A stretch of 64,000 nucleotides of DNA, taken from the NCBI GenBank assembly GCA_963842525.1, contig CAWJGT010000003.1:1856001-1920000 (forward strand). The letters are read 5' to 3'. Shown here piece after piece: positions 1 through 9,315 of this stretch (position 1 is its first letter; the number at the start of each line of letters is the position of its first letter). Origin of the DNA: an uncultured Holophagales bacterium. Lineage in GTDB: Bacteria; Acidobacteriota; Thermoanaerobaculia; Multivoradales; UBA5704. The translations under genes were made by a program, and so were the position numbers. The notes beneath the pieces were generated by a model. The model had not been told where the DNA came from. It searched no databases and saw nothing but the letters and a program-made list of their open reading frames with translations.

Positions 1-378
1 ATCCACTTCGTCAACAAGCTCAAGAAGGACTTCGAAGGCGCCGGCGGCTACTTCGTTCCCGAGGAGAAGGGGCAGCCCAAGTACCAGATCTACATCAGGA
101 ACGACACGCCGATGGAAGGCGTCTTCTCGCGGGAATGGCCGCAAGGGGAGGGGCCGAAGATCTCCTCCCTCAGCGTGGACTCCGCGTCCAACATGGCCCG
201 GACGCTGCACCACGAGCTGCTCCACGTCTGGTACCTCCACACGCAAGACGACGGGGAGTACCCGACCGGGCACGGCGATGTCGGCGAGCGCGAAATCGCG
301 CAGCTCTTCTGGGACCGCCTCAAGAAGTTCGCCGAGCAGCAGGACGATTTCACCCGTCCTGCCCGCGAGCGCAGGTAG
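1..378 (+). CDS. 5'-truncated protein with C-terminal HExxH zinc-metallopeptidase-like domain
   Basis: Frame 1 is open from base 1 to TAG 376-378; motif ARTLHHELLHVWY...GH. Confidence 0.6.
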   Translation: MHFVNKLKKDFEGAGGYFVPEEKGQPKYQIYIRNDTPMEGVFSREWPQGEGPKISSLSVDSASNMARTLHHELLHVWYLHTQDDGEYPTGHGDVGEREIAQLFWDRLKKFAEQQDDFTRPARERR

Positions 379-379
379 G
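211..379 (+). repeat. Direct repeat A, left copy (3' end of HExxH gene)
   Basis: 169 bp, ungapped, 16 mismatches by hand alignment to 21268-21436. Confidence 0.9.
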
Positions 380-542
380 TGAACAAACCAACGGATAACC
401 GAACCATCTGCAGACGCTGTAGAGATGCCCTAGTCCACGACCACCGCCCTTGTGGCCACCACATCCGCCAGGGCGTCTCTCGGCCTCCGCAACCACAAAC
501 GCCCAGGACCTCGTCACAGTCCGAGTGACGGATAGCGTTTCA

Positions 543-601
543 TGTAGGGGCGGCCCTTATGGCCGCCCTCCGGAGGGGCACCCACAAGGGGCGCCCCTAC
601 A
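543..601. repeat. GTAG-family REP/REPIN-like palindrome
   Basis: TGTAGGGGCG...CGCCCCTACA inverted termini; a related GTAGAGATGCCCT...AGGGCGTCTCT hairpin lies at ~418-480. Confidence 0.65.
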
Positions 602-744
602 GAGGGACGATCCATCTTTTCCGACGTGACAGGGTACTAGCGGCGAAGAGGCTCGGGCTCGCCGGAATTATCGCACGAGCAAGGGAGCGGCTTCCCGGGG
701 CCCAGGCCGGACCGCTCCCCGTCAGCGCGTACAACGTTTGACAA

Positions 745-820
745 CTGAAGCACAGACGAAGAGGCGGCCCTATCTGTTTGCCAGGGCGTGGCCGTCCAGG
801 CCATGCTCTGGTCCTTTTTT
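745..820 (+). terminator. Direct repeat B, left copy; intrinsic terminator-like hairpin plus T-run
   Basis: CCAGGGCGTGGCC-loop-GGCCATGCTCTGG then TCCTTTTTT; homologous to 21461-21535. Confidence 0.7.
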
Positions 821-917
821 AACTGAGCTTCCACCCCCGTGGTTGAGGGAAACGCAACACCCTCTCCGTTTGCTCTCCTGAAGACCAATGGCCTTCGGAT
901 AACATACTTGCCACGCT

Positions 918-1550
918 ATGAGCCTCCCAGATCCTGAACCGGCCGTCCGGCCCTATCCGGACGTCGATGAACGGCACCTCGTCCTTGCTCTCCGTAGGAA
1001 AGAGGAATCCGCGTTTTCGCAACTGGTCCATGCGTACGGTGGCCGCATGCTGGCGGTGGCGCGGCGCTTGCTGCGCGATGAGGACGATGCGCGCGATGCG
1101 GTGCAGGAGGCGTTCCTCGCTGCGTTCCGCTCCATCTCCCAGTTCGAGGGCTCCGCCCGGCTCTCGACCTGGCTGCACCGGATCGTCGTCAATGCCGCGT
1201 TGATGAAGCTGCGCAGCCGGCAGAGAAAGCCGGAGGAAGCGATCGAAGACCTGCTGCCCAGCTTCCTGGAGGACGGCCACCGGGTGGATCACCACGCGCC
1301 CGGTTGGCCGGAACCGGTGGACGTCCTGCTGCAGCGCAAGGAGGTCTGTTCGCTGGTCCGGCGCTCGATCGACCGGCTGCCGTCGAGCTACCGCACCGTT
1401 CTGCTCTGCCGCGACATCGAAGGGCTGGATACGGGCGAGGCAGCGGCCCTGCTCGGGATCAGCGAGAACGCGGTCAAGATCCGCCTTCACCGCGCCCGGC
1501 AGGCCCTGCGGACGCTTCTCGATCCACACCTGAGAGGAGCAGCGGCATGA
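918..1550 (+). CDS. ECF-family RNA polymerase sigma factor
   Basis: Region 2 DAVQEAFLAAFRSI...STWLHRIVVNAAL; region 4 EAAALLGISENAVKIRLHRARQAL. Confidence 0.93.
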   Translation: MSLPDPEPAVRPYPDVDERHLVLALRRKEESAFSQLVHAYGGRMLAVARRLLRDEDDARDAVQEAFLAAFRSISQFEGSARLSTWLHRIVVNAALMKLRSRQRKPEEAIEDLLPSFLEDGHRVDHHAPGWPEPVDVLLQRKEVCSLVRRSIDRLPSSYRTVLLCRDIEGLDTGEAAALLGISENAVKIRLHRARQALRTLLDPHLRGAAA

Positions 1551-1804
1551 GCCAGGACCCCGAGCATCTGACCTGCAAGGAAGTGATCGAGTTCCTCTGG
1601 GCCTACGTCGCGCGCGAGCTGCCGCCGGAGAGGACCCAGGCGTTCGAGGAGCACCTCGCGCTCTGCCCCGGCTGCGTCGTCTACCTCGACACCTACCGGC
1701 AGGCCATCGAGCTGACCCAGGGAGCCCTGAGCGAGCCGGAGGAGGAAGACTTCCCGGACGAGCTGGTCCAGGCCATCCTCGCGGCCCGCAAGCGGCAGGA
1801 GTGA
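1547..1804 (+). CDS. Soluble zinc-binding anti-sigma factor (ZAS, zf-HC2)
   Basis: ATGA overlap with sigma stop; C...HLALCPGC motif; no TM helix. Confidence 0.88.
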   Translation: MSQDPEHLTCKEVIEFLWAYVARELPPERTQAFEEHLALCPGCVVYLDTYRQAIELTQGALSEPEEEDFPDELVQAILAARKRQE

Positions 1805-1824
1805 GGACGCGTTGCCGGATCTCC

Positions 1825-3177
1825 TCAGCCGACGTACGCGACGTTCAGGTTGAACAGGAGGCCCGGCAGGAGCTGGGTGGCGTTCGTGGGCAGCGAGACG
1901 ATGTAGGAGTAGGTTACGCTGGTCGCGGACAAGGAGCTCACCCGGACCTGCACCTCCACTCCGCGGACGGGCGATGCGCTTTCGTCGCGGACTGAGAAGG
2001 TCACAATCCCCTGATCGGTCGACACCCCCGCAACCGATTGGTACGGGATTGAGCCGAGCCGAACCATCACCATGCCGGTGCCTCGCTGCACAAAGGGAGA
2101 GGCTTCGAGCTCGGCAAAGCCGTTGGTGGTGCTGCCGAAGTTGGCTCCCGCAACAGGCGCGTAATACGCACCTGTCGCCCAGATGAACCTGGGCTGGAAA
2201 TTGAGGGTGCTCGACACAGTGTCCGTGACCGTGAAGTTTCCGGTCGCGGTTGGGGTGGCGAAAGTGATCTGTGACAGGAGCCGCCGGCCGAAGTCGTACT
2301 GATTCGATGGCAGTGCGCCGAGGTCCGCCAGGCTGGTGGAGATCCGGATGTCGTTCATGCTGTCGTTGCCGGTGACGGTGATCCCTCCCATGCCTGTCAC
2401 GCTGATGTTGCCGCCGGGGTTCGACACGCCGGCGACGCTCACCAGCGCTCCCACCTGGGCTGCGTTGACCCCGTGCGGGTTGCTGCGGCTGGCGATGTGA
2501 TTTCCGACATTCGAGTTCGTCGAGCCGACGGTCAGATCGCCCGAGACGGCGAGGCTTCCCTGCAGGTCGAGCCGGCTCGTCGCGCCGGAGGTGAGGAGCG
2601 GCCAGGAGCTTTCGGCCACCCCCTGGCGAGACAGTCTCAATCTCTCGACCGAGACCTCGCTGCCGAGCCGCACGCCGGCCGCCAGGCGCACGCTCGAATC
2701 GTGGAGGGAGGCCCGGCCGACCCCGTTGACCTGGATGCGGGCCAGGCGGATGGCGACGTCGGCCGCCGGGGCCTCGGGGGAGTCGAGGATGATCTCGAGG
2801 CGCGGGCTCTCGCTCCAGCGCGTCTCCCCCTGGTCGCCGACGGCCGCGGGGTCGGAGGGTGCTTCATGATAGGAGATCACCACCAGGACCGAGCGGTTGG
2901 CGAAGGGTCCGGGCGAGCCCAGGGACGACCCCAGAGATAACGTGCGGGGCTCGGTGAGCACGATCGACCGGCCCGAGCTGTCGACGGCGGTGCCGGCCCC
3001 GACGGTCACCTCGGTGCTGTCCAGGTTGGCGGTGGCCGTCAGCCCTTCCGTGATGCCGGGCGTGTGCTGCTGCCGGTTGTGGCGCCGTAGCCGGTCGAGG
3101 AAATAAGCCTGCTCATCATTGAAATCCTGCTCCTGCAGGAATTGGCCTGTGTAATAACGTAGACGTTTGTCAGCCAT
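1825..3177 (-). CDS. eCIS tail fibre protein
   Basis: N-term RLRYYTGQFLQEQDF...GITEGL typical of CIS fibre attachment; NPHGVNAAQVG fibre motif; beta-rich C-terminus; last gene of cluster. Confidence 0.72.
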   Translation of the reverse strand: MADKRLRYYTGQFLQEQDFNDEQAYFLDRLRRHNRQQHTPGITEGLTATANLDSTEVTVGAGTAVDSSGRSIVLTEPRTLSLGSSLGSPGPFANRSVLVVISYHEAPSDPAAVGDQGETRWSESPRLEIILDSPEAPAADVAIRLARIQVNGVGRASLHDSSVRLAAGVRLGSEVSVERLRLSRQGVAESSWPLLTSGATSRLDLQGSLAVSGDLTVGSTNSNVGNHIASRSNPHGVNAAQVGALVSVAGVSNPGGNISVTGMGGITVTGNDSMNDIRISTSLADLGALPSNQYDFGRRLLSQITFATPTATGNFTVTDTVSSTLNFQPRFIWATGAYYAPVAGANFGSTTNGFAELEASPFVQRGTGMVMVRLGSIPYQSVAGVSTDQGIVTFSVRDESASPVRGVEVQVRVSSLSATSVTYSYIVSLPTNATQLLPGLLFNLNVAYVG

Positions 3178-3916
3178 TGCCGTTGTCTCCTTGACCGTTC
3201 GATGCCACGCTGCCCAAAAAGGTTTCATATCCAACGGTCGAGCTGACGCCGACGCGCAGCGTCGGGATGTCGAGGAAGAGGTCGTAATAGGAATGCGCCG
3301 GTTTTTCGGCGTCGATGATGGAGCGCAGGATGGTGCGCTGGCGGGCGAGGTCGTCGCGTGCCGCCAGCCGGACCCGGAGCTGGAAGTAGTGGGCTGGCCC
3401 GCCGCCGAGAGCGGTGTCCTCACCGACGCGCGACGTGACGCCGACCTCCAGCGGCTCGTGAAGCTCCCGGATCGTGATGGTCGACGCCGGCAGCCCCGTG
3501 AACGCGGCCAGGATCTGGCGCAGGCCGTCGGGTGTGCCGCGCTTGCGGTAGGAGGAGGCGATCCCGGCCAGGATGCGGCGCCGTTCTTCTTCGCGCCAGT
3601 CGTCGCGGAGGGTCAGCGCCACCCAGCCCGACAGCCACTCCAGGAATTCGGCCGGCGCGCGCTGGGCGTCGCGCAGGCCCGGCCCGGGATCGAAAAAGCG
3701 GTGGGCGCCCGCCAGCCGGACGGAGCCGTCCGGGCCTGGGATCCCTTCGAGGATCTCTTCGAGCCCTGGATTCTCCGGATCGCCCAGGCCGGTCAGCACC
3801 TGCTCGAAGCCGAGCAGGAAGCGGCCCAGGAAGCCAGAGCGTCCGTCGGGGCCCTCCTGGCGGAAGATGGCCGGCAGGTCGTCCAGATACCGGCTGGCCT
3901 GGATGTCGGAGATCAT
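3170..3916 (-). CDS. Phage tail protein I-like baseplate wedge subunit (P2 gpI-like)
   Basis: YLDDLPAIFR...APAEFLEWLSGWV...YRKRGTPDGL...AEKPAHS; start ATG 3916 overlaps upstream stop. Confidence 0.85.
   Translation of the reverse strand: MISDIQASRYLDDLPAIFRQEGPDGRSGFLGRFLLGFEQVLTGLGDPENPGLEEILEGIPGPDGSVRLAGAHRFFDPGPGLRDAQRAPAEFLEWLSGWVALTLRDDWREEERRRILAGIASSYRKRGTPDGLRQILAAFTGLPASTITIRELHEPLEVGVTSRVGEDTALGGGPAHYFQLRVRLAARDDLARQRTILRSIIDAEKPAHSYYDLFLDIPTLRVGVSSTVGYETFLGSVASNGQGDNGNG
3200..3227 (-). promoter_or_regulatory. ECF-type promoter motif, copy 4 (upstream of fibre gene)
   Basis: TGAAAC-ctttttgggcagcgtg-GCATCG, 16-nt spacer. Confidence 0.55.
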
Positions 3917-5184
3917 GCCGTCACCTCCACCGCGAGCTCGGCCATTTCGCCGGCTGCGAAGCTCACTCGCTGCACGGGTCCCGGCAGCATGTGTCCGGCA
4001 TCGCTCGTCAGCTCCGCCGAGACGACGAAGCTGATCTCGGGAAGCCCGGTCAGGAGCTGGTTCAGCTCGTTCAGGCTCGTCTCCCAGGGCGCCGTGCCTC
4101 CCGGCCCACCGGAGCCGGGATGGAAGTGCCGGCGGAGGGCGGACTTGACGGCCTGCCGCACCGCCGCCGGGGTCACATTCAGCTCCGGCCGGACCCAGGC
4201 TTTCACCCGCACCGGTGCGAAGCGGGTGCCGAAGACGAGGAGCTGCGGCTCGATCCGCGCCCAGGGGAGGTGATGGGAATCCAGGGCGAGGCCGATCAGA
4301 TCGCCCGTGTCGTGCCAGAGGGCAGCGGCCTCGACGCAACGTGGGGCGTCCGCCGGGCAGGCGCTCGCCAGGGCCAGGTCGACCACGTGGTCCACGCCGG
4401 GTACGTCGCGCTCCAGGAGCTGGTACAGCTCGGAGACGTAGACGTCCCGCCCGAAGGGCCAGCCCCGGCCGTCCGGTCCGCCGGTCCGTGGATCGAGGAA
4501 CCTCTCCAGGGCCGCGGCGACCTGCCGCCGCAGAGGCTCGACGGCCACGTCCGGCCGGGTCGCCAGGACGATCTCCGGCGTGACCGGCACGTAGACCGGT
4601 GCGGCGACATGCTGCCGCACGGTGAGGAGCCGGCGCGGCGCCAGGCCCTCGCGGACAGCGCGGAGGAGGTCTTCGGAGGGCATGGGAGCCCCGGGCCGCG
4701 AAGCAGGGTCTTCGCCCTCCGGGTGTGGGACGACGAGGACGCTGACGTGGCCTTCCCGCGGGAGCGTCCGCAGCGCTTCGGTCCTCGCCTCCAGGTCACG
4801 CAGCCGCACGCAGTGCGCCCGGGCCACCCGCGGATCGGCCTCGCGAGCCAGGACCTCGTAGTCGTCCGGAGTCACGGCCCGGTGGCGTGCCCGCAGGTCG
4901 AGCAATGCAGAGCGGATATCCGCGTCCAGGTCCGGCCCCGGCGTCCAGGCCGGCCCGTTGAGCAGCTTGAGGAAGGTGCGGGTGTTGTCCGCGGTCAGGC
5001 GATTGACCCGGTAGATCAGCATCTCCGTGAGCCAGGCGAAGAGCTCGACCAGGGTGATGCCGGGATCGGACGGGTTGAGGTTCGTCCACGTCCGCTCGGG
5101 GACGAGGGTCGGGATCAGGGCCCGCGCCTCGTCTACCAGGTCGGCGAACGTGCGGTCGTCGAGGTTCGGCTGCGGGATGCTCAT
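3913..5184 (-). CDS. Baseplate J/gp47-like protein
   Basis: MSIPQPNLDDRTFADLV...WTNLNPSDPGITLVELFAW; RAVTPDDYE; GWPFGRDVY. Confidence 0.88.
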   Translation of the reverse strand: MSIPQPNLDDRTFADLVDEARALIPTLVPERTWTNLNPSDPGITLVELFAWLTEMLIYRVNRLTADNTRTFLKLLNGPAWTPGPDLDADIRSALLDLRARHRAVTPDDYEVLAREADPRVARAHCVRLRDLEARTEALRTLPREGHVSVLVVPHPEGEDPASRPGAPMPSEDLLRAVREGLAPRRLLTVRQHVAAPVYVPVTPEIVLATRPDVAVEPLRRQVAAALERFLDPRTGGPDGRGWPFGRDVYVSELYQLLERDVPGVDHVVDLALASACPADAPRCVEAAALWHDTGDLIGLALDSHHLPWARIEPQLLVFGTRFAPVRVKAWVRPELNVTPAAVRQAVKSALRRHFHPGSGGPGGTAPWETSLNELNQLLTGLPEISFVVSAELTSDAGHMLPGPVQRVSFAAGEMAELAVEVTA

Positions 5185-7850
5185 GCGCTCCTCCCGGGGG
5201 TGTCGGGGTCGAGGTCGCTGCTGAGGAGGATCCGGTGGTCGCCGGAGTAGACGAGGAAGCGGCCTGGGCGCGCCCCGCCTTCTTCCGCCGCCTCGGTCAC
5301 GGTGAGCCGCCGCACGTGGTCGACGCCCGGCGTGCTCTCGATCAGGGCATAGAAATCCGACCGGTAGGGCCGGGCTCCGAAGGCCCATCCGCGGCCGTCG
5401 AGGCCGCCGGTCAGCGGATGGAGGAAAGAGCGCAGCCGCTCCTGGACCGCGGCCTGGACGTCGGTGGAGGCTTCGAGCCGTGCCGGCACGACCTCCGCTT
5501 CGACCGTCATGCGCAGCCAGTCGGGTCCGATGACACGAAGGTCGGCGGTGGCGGCCAGCCGCGCCTCCAGGTGTGTGCGCACCCGGTCGAGGAGCTGCAG
5601 GTCGGGTACCGGCTTGGGGTCTGACGAAGCGGACACCACGAGGAGCGTCACGGCTCCGGCATCGCCGGCTCCGCTGGCGGAGAGGGTTCGGGCCCTTGCC
5701 ACCCGCGGCGAGGCCTGGAAGGCCAGGTCTTCGAAATCGCTGGCGGCCATGGCGCGGTCGCGGTGGCGCAGGGCCTTGGGGCCGCGCACCCGCACCGCCT
5801 CCAGCGACTCCGCGGCCGTCCCGCCCGCGGCAGGCTCGGGCTGGGCGACGCGGTCCACGTACGGCACGGTGCCGCGGAGCTGGGTGAGGCGCCCGGCCGG
5901 GAGATTGCCGGCATCCGCCCCGCCGCCTCCCTCGACATGGACGGCCCACGTGGTGTTGAGGAGGACCCGCTCGAGCCGCGGCTCCACCGCGTACTGGCCC
6001 CGCTCCCAGCGTGCCCGCAGCCAGAAGGCTTCGCGGCCGAATTCGAGCGAGCATTGGAAGCCAGCCGGGCCGACGAAGGTCACCAGGCCGCTGCGGGTAA
6101 AGCCGCGGGTCTCATCGCGCGTGCCCAGCCGTTGCCAGCCGCTGCCGTTCCAGAATTCCCAGGCGATCGCGGCCTCTTCGATCACCTCGGCCGGCTCAGA
6201 GCCCGCATCGTAGAGGCTCCGCGATACCCCGCAATAGAGCGAGGCCTCGCGGTTCGCAAAGGCGCGGTCGAAGCCGAGGTAGAGGGTCGGCCGTGGGTCC
6301 GCGGCAGCGACGAACGCCTTCAGGAAGTTGTCCGGAGAGCTGGCGCGGTCCACGAAAGCGCGGTCGTTCTCGGCCAGGATGTGCTCCGCAATCAGGGATG
6401 CGCTCCAGAACAAGCCCAGGAGGATGGCGCGGAGCGACGGTGGCCGGTAGGTCGAGGGCACGAGCCGGTAGAGCGGGACGTTGCCCGGTCCTGGCACGGG
6501 ATTGCCGCTGGCATCGGTCACCGGCTCATACCGCGTGTCGGCGCCGTAGCTGTCGCGGGCGATCCGTACCCGGACCCAGCGGCGGACCTGTCCGCCGGCC
6601 TCGACCGGCATGAGCGAGGACGGGCAGCGAAAACTGATCATTCCGGGGGTCAGCAGGCCGTTGGTCGTATCGCTGAAGAAATAGGTGTTGTTGGCCGCCG
6701 TCTCGTTCGGCGTGACGCCCGGGCCTGAGTAGCCGAGAATCTGCCAACGGCTGCCGTCCCAGAATTCCCAGGCGAGCAGGACGCGGATCCAGGTGGGCGG
6801 CGTGACCGTCTGCGCCGGCTCGACACCGGTCAACCCGACATGGATCTCCACGGCCGCATCGGGCTTGGAAAACGCCTGGTCGCTTGCCATGTAGAAGACG
6901 TCGCCAGTCGCCGGCCGGTCGCCGAAGGGGCGGAAGTCGCGGCTCAGGTCCAGAGGCTGGTCGTTGGCGAGGCCCGCTTCGGGGATCTCCTGCGCCGCGG
7001 CATCCCGGCGGTTGATGAACAGGGTCACATCGACGTTGGCGACCGTGATCCCGTCCCTGGATGGCGGCACGGTCAGCCGTGCCCGCAGCCAGGAGCTCAC
7101 GACCCCGTTCACCGCGCGCGGCGGGATGGGAGGCACGCCGGTCAGGCTGATCTCGACGTACCGGACCTCGCCCTGGTTGACGGCATAGGCCTCCGACGGG
7201 ACCGGCCGCCAGGCTGTGCCGTCCCACGCGTCCCAGGCCACGGACGTCACCCAGGGGGAGAAGTCGGACGTGTCAGGGCGGAGGGTGATGTCTTTCGTCT
7301 CCGGCGTCGCGAGCGCAGAGTGCCCCAGGTAGAGGAAATGCGCGGCGGGCTCGGCGCCGCGGAAAGGCGCGAAGGGGACAGCAGACCGGCCGTCGACCAG
7401 GGCCGTGAGGTCGCTGGAGCGGTCGGTCTCCGGCTCGCGCGCGAAGGCGGCCACGAGCCGGCTGCGGGTGACGACGAGGTCGCGCTCGGTGGTGAAGACG
7501 ACCGGCTCCGCGTCCCCTTCCTGGAGCGTGGCCACTTGCGTGCCGGCCGGCACCAGCGTATCCACCTGCGTGCCCGCGGCAAGTTGGAAGGTCAGCGGCG
7601 TCCGCGCCGGCTGTGCCGGCTCGGGCCGGGTTCCGATCAGATCGAGAAATGCAAGGAAATTGCGCTCGGGCAGGCGGTTCACGCGCTCGATGACCTGCCC
7701 GGCCATATTCGCGAAGACGCGGACGAGGGCGCCGCCCGCGTCCATCCCTGTGGGCTGCCAGCCGGAGTGGCGGCGCGCCAGGTCCTCCACCTGCGCGACC
7801 ACGTCATCGTAGGTGCGCGGATCGATCCGGGGGGCCTCAAGCGACGGCAT
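5181..7850 (-). CDS. Putative baseplate assembly protein (Afp11/gp6-like)
   Basis: PRIDPRTYDD N-term; LNRLP-type ERVNRLPERNFLAFLDLIG; RAMAASDFE; FLHPLTGG..GWAFG. Confidence 0.88.
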   Translation of the reverse strand: MPSLEAPRIDPRTYDDVVAQVEDLARRHSGWQPTGMDAGGALVRVFANMAGQVIERVNRLPERNFLAFLDLIGTRPEPAQPARTPLTFQLAAGTQVDTLVPAGTQVATLQEGDAEPVVFTTERDLVVTRSRLVAAFAREPETDRSSDLTALVDGRSAVPFAPFRGAEPAAHFLYLGHSALATPETKDITLRPDTSDFSPWVTSVAWDAWDGTAWRPVPSEAYAVNQGEVRYVEISLTGVPPIPPRAVNGVVSSWLRARLTVPPSRDGITVANVDVTLFINRRDAAAQEIPEAGLANDQPLDLSRDFRPFGDRPATGDVFYMASDQAFSKPDAAVEIHVGLTGVEPAQTVTPPTWIRVLLAWEFWDGSRWQILGYSGPGVTPNETAANNTYFFSDTTNGLLTPGMISFRCPSSLMPVEAGGQVRRWVRVRIARDSYGADTRYEPVTDASGNPVPGPGNVPLYRLVPSTYRPPSLRAILLGLFWSASLIAEHILAENDRAFVDRASSPDNFLKAFVAAADPRPTLYLGFDRAFANREASLYCGVSRSLYDAGSEPAEVIEEAAIAWEFWNGSGWQRLGTRDETRGFTRSGLVTFVGPAGFQCSLEFGREAFWLRARWERGQYAVEPRLERVLLNTTWAVHVEGGGGADAGNLPAGRLTQLRGTVPYVDRVAQPEPAAGGTAAESLEAVRVRGPKALRHRDRAMAASDFEDLAFQASPRVARARTLSASGAGDAGAVTLLVVSASSDPKPVPDLQLLDRVRTHLEARLAATADLRVIGPDWLRMTVEAEVVPARLEASTDVQAAVQERLRSFLHPLTGGLDGRGWAFGARPYRSDFYALIESTPGVDHVRRLTVTEAAEEGGARPGRFLVYSGDHRILLSSDLDPDTPGRSA

Positions 7851-8241
7851 TGGCGGCTCCCTCCAGATAGAATGGAAACACCAGATTGAAACGGTTGTTC
7901 GTGACGCGCACGCGGTAGTCGATCTGAAGGAGCAGCCGCGAAGGCTCACTCTCGTCGCGGTCGGCGCTCACGCCGAGCAGCTCGATGCGCGGCTCCCAGC
8001 GGGTCAGAGCATTGCGCACCTCGGTCTCCACGCGGCCGAGGGTCTCGCCGGTCGGCGAGGCGAACACGAGATCGTGAATGCCACAGCCGAAATCCGGCCG
8101 CATCCTGCGCTCGCCGCGGGCCGTGGCGAGCACGATCCAGATCGACTCGCGCACGCTTTCTTCGTAAGGTGCCAGGCCGATCTGACCTCCTTCGAGGCCG
8201 ATCGGGAACCGCCAGCCCACACCCAGGAATTCGGATCTCAT
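7837..8241 (-). CDS. GPW/gp25 baseplate protein
   Basis: FLGVGWRFP...TARGERRMRPDFGC...WEPRI...NLVFPFYL. Confidence 0.93.
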   Translation of the reverse strand: MRSEFLGVGWRFPIGLEGGQIGLAPYEESVRESIWIVLATARGERRMRPDFGCGIHDLVFASPTGETLGRVETEVRNALTRWEPRIELLGVSADRDESEPSRLLLQIDYRVRVTNNRFNLVFPFYLEGAANAVA

Positions 8242-8247
8242 CTCGTC

Positions 8248-8646
8248 CTATCCAATCCGCACCGTTCCCGCCGCCACCACGGTGCCGGCGAGGAGGTCCA
8301 CAGGGTCGTTGCAGGTTTCGGCGCGGTCGCCGTTGCGCACGGCGGCCTGGCCGTTGATCTTCACGGTCGCGCTACCGGTCCGGATCGTGCCCCGGTTGGC
8401 CGGCGGCCTTTGGAAAGAATTTCCCGGCGGCGTCGGCAGGTGCGGCGTGGTGTTGTCCGCCGTGCTGCCCACCGTGGCCGCGGGGAGGCCCTGGATCTTG
8501 ACATCGCTCGACAGACCGCCGCCCAGGAGCCCGGAGAACGGGTGCGGCAGGGGCGTGGGCATCAGCCCGGCCGGCGTCGGCACGAAGACGATGTGCGTGT
8601 CCGTCGCCACGATCCGATCCCCCTGCTTGGCCGCCGGCTGTCCCAT
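8248..8646 (-). CDS. PAAR-like spike tip protein
   Basis: QPAAKQGD...GLPAATVG...TVKINGQAAVRNGD repeats. Confidence 0.88.
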   Translation of the reverse strand: MGQPAAKQGDRIVATDTHIVFVPTPAGLMPTPLPHPFSGLLGGGLSSDVKIQGLPAATVGSTADNTTPHLPTPPGNSFQRPPANRGTIRTGSATVKINGQAAVRNGDRAETCNDPVDLLAGTVVAAGTVRIG

Positions 8647-8667
8647 GGCATCGCTCCGGAAAACCGA

Positions 8668-9315
8668 TCAATTCAGGTTGATGCCCGAGCCGCGCACGTT
8701 GACCTGCGCGTTGGACCGGAGGTCGAGGCTCTGCGCCGTCTCGACCCTGCCCGCTCCCGCCGGCGCGGAGATCTCGACGCCCATCTGGCCGGTGATCTTC
8801 ACGCTGCCGTTTTTCGACTCGATCACGATGTCCTGATCGGCCGTGATCGTGATCGTGTTCTGCGCGGCGTCGAAGACGAGACTCTGCTTGCCGCTCGCAT
8901 CGACGATCTCGATTTTCTCGCCGCCGTCGGTATCATCCAGGGTGATCGTGTGGCCGCTGCGGGATTTCAAGATCCGCAGGTTGTTCTGTCCGTCGCCGTT
9001 GTCGGCCGGCGGCTTGTCTTTTCCATTCCAGAGCGCGCCGAGGACGTAGGGGAACTCCACACGGCCGTGCTCGAAACCCACGAGCACCTCGTCGTCCACC
9101 TCGGGCAGGAAAAAGAGGCCGCGGTCGTTCCCAGCCATCGGCGTGAGGACGCGCGCCCAGCGGCTCTCGTCGCTTTCGGAAAGCCACGGGAACCGCACCT
9201 TGACGCGGCCCAGGCCGTCGGGGTCCTGGTTGTTCGTCACCACGCCGATGACCAGGCCGTACATGCGTCCGGCCTCCGTCGCAGGACGAAGCCGTCCTTC
9301 CAGCAGATCGATCAC
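8668..9315 (-). CDS. Baseplate assembly protein V / gp5-like spike (VgrG C-terminal half)
   Basis: GVVTNNQDPDGLGRVKVRFPW...FLPEVDDEVLVGFEHG. Confidence 0.92.
   Translation of the reverse strand: MIDLLEGRLRPATEAGRMYGLVIGVVTNNQDPDGLGRVKVRFPWLSESDESRWARVLTPMAGNDRGLFFLPEVDDEVLVGFEHGRVEFPYVLGALWNGKDKPPADNGDGQNNLRILKSRSGHTITLDDTDGGEKIEIVDASGKQSLVFDAAQNTITITADQDIVIESKNGSVKITGQMGVEISAPAGAGRVETAQSLDLRSNAQVNVRGSGINLN

Noticed and set aside
537-542. Further TGAAAC hits on the minus strand (537, 12086, 12504, 17800)
   Set aside because: No GCATC at 15-16 nt spacing, so not counted as eCIS promoter copies.
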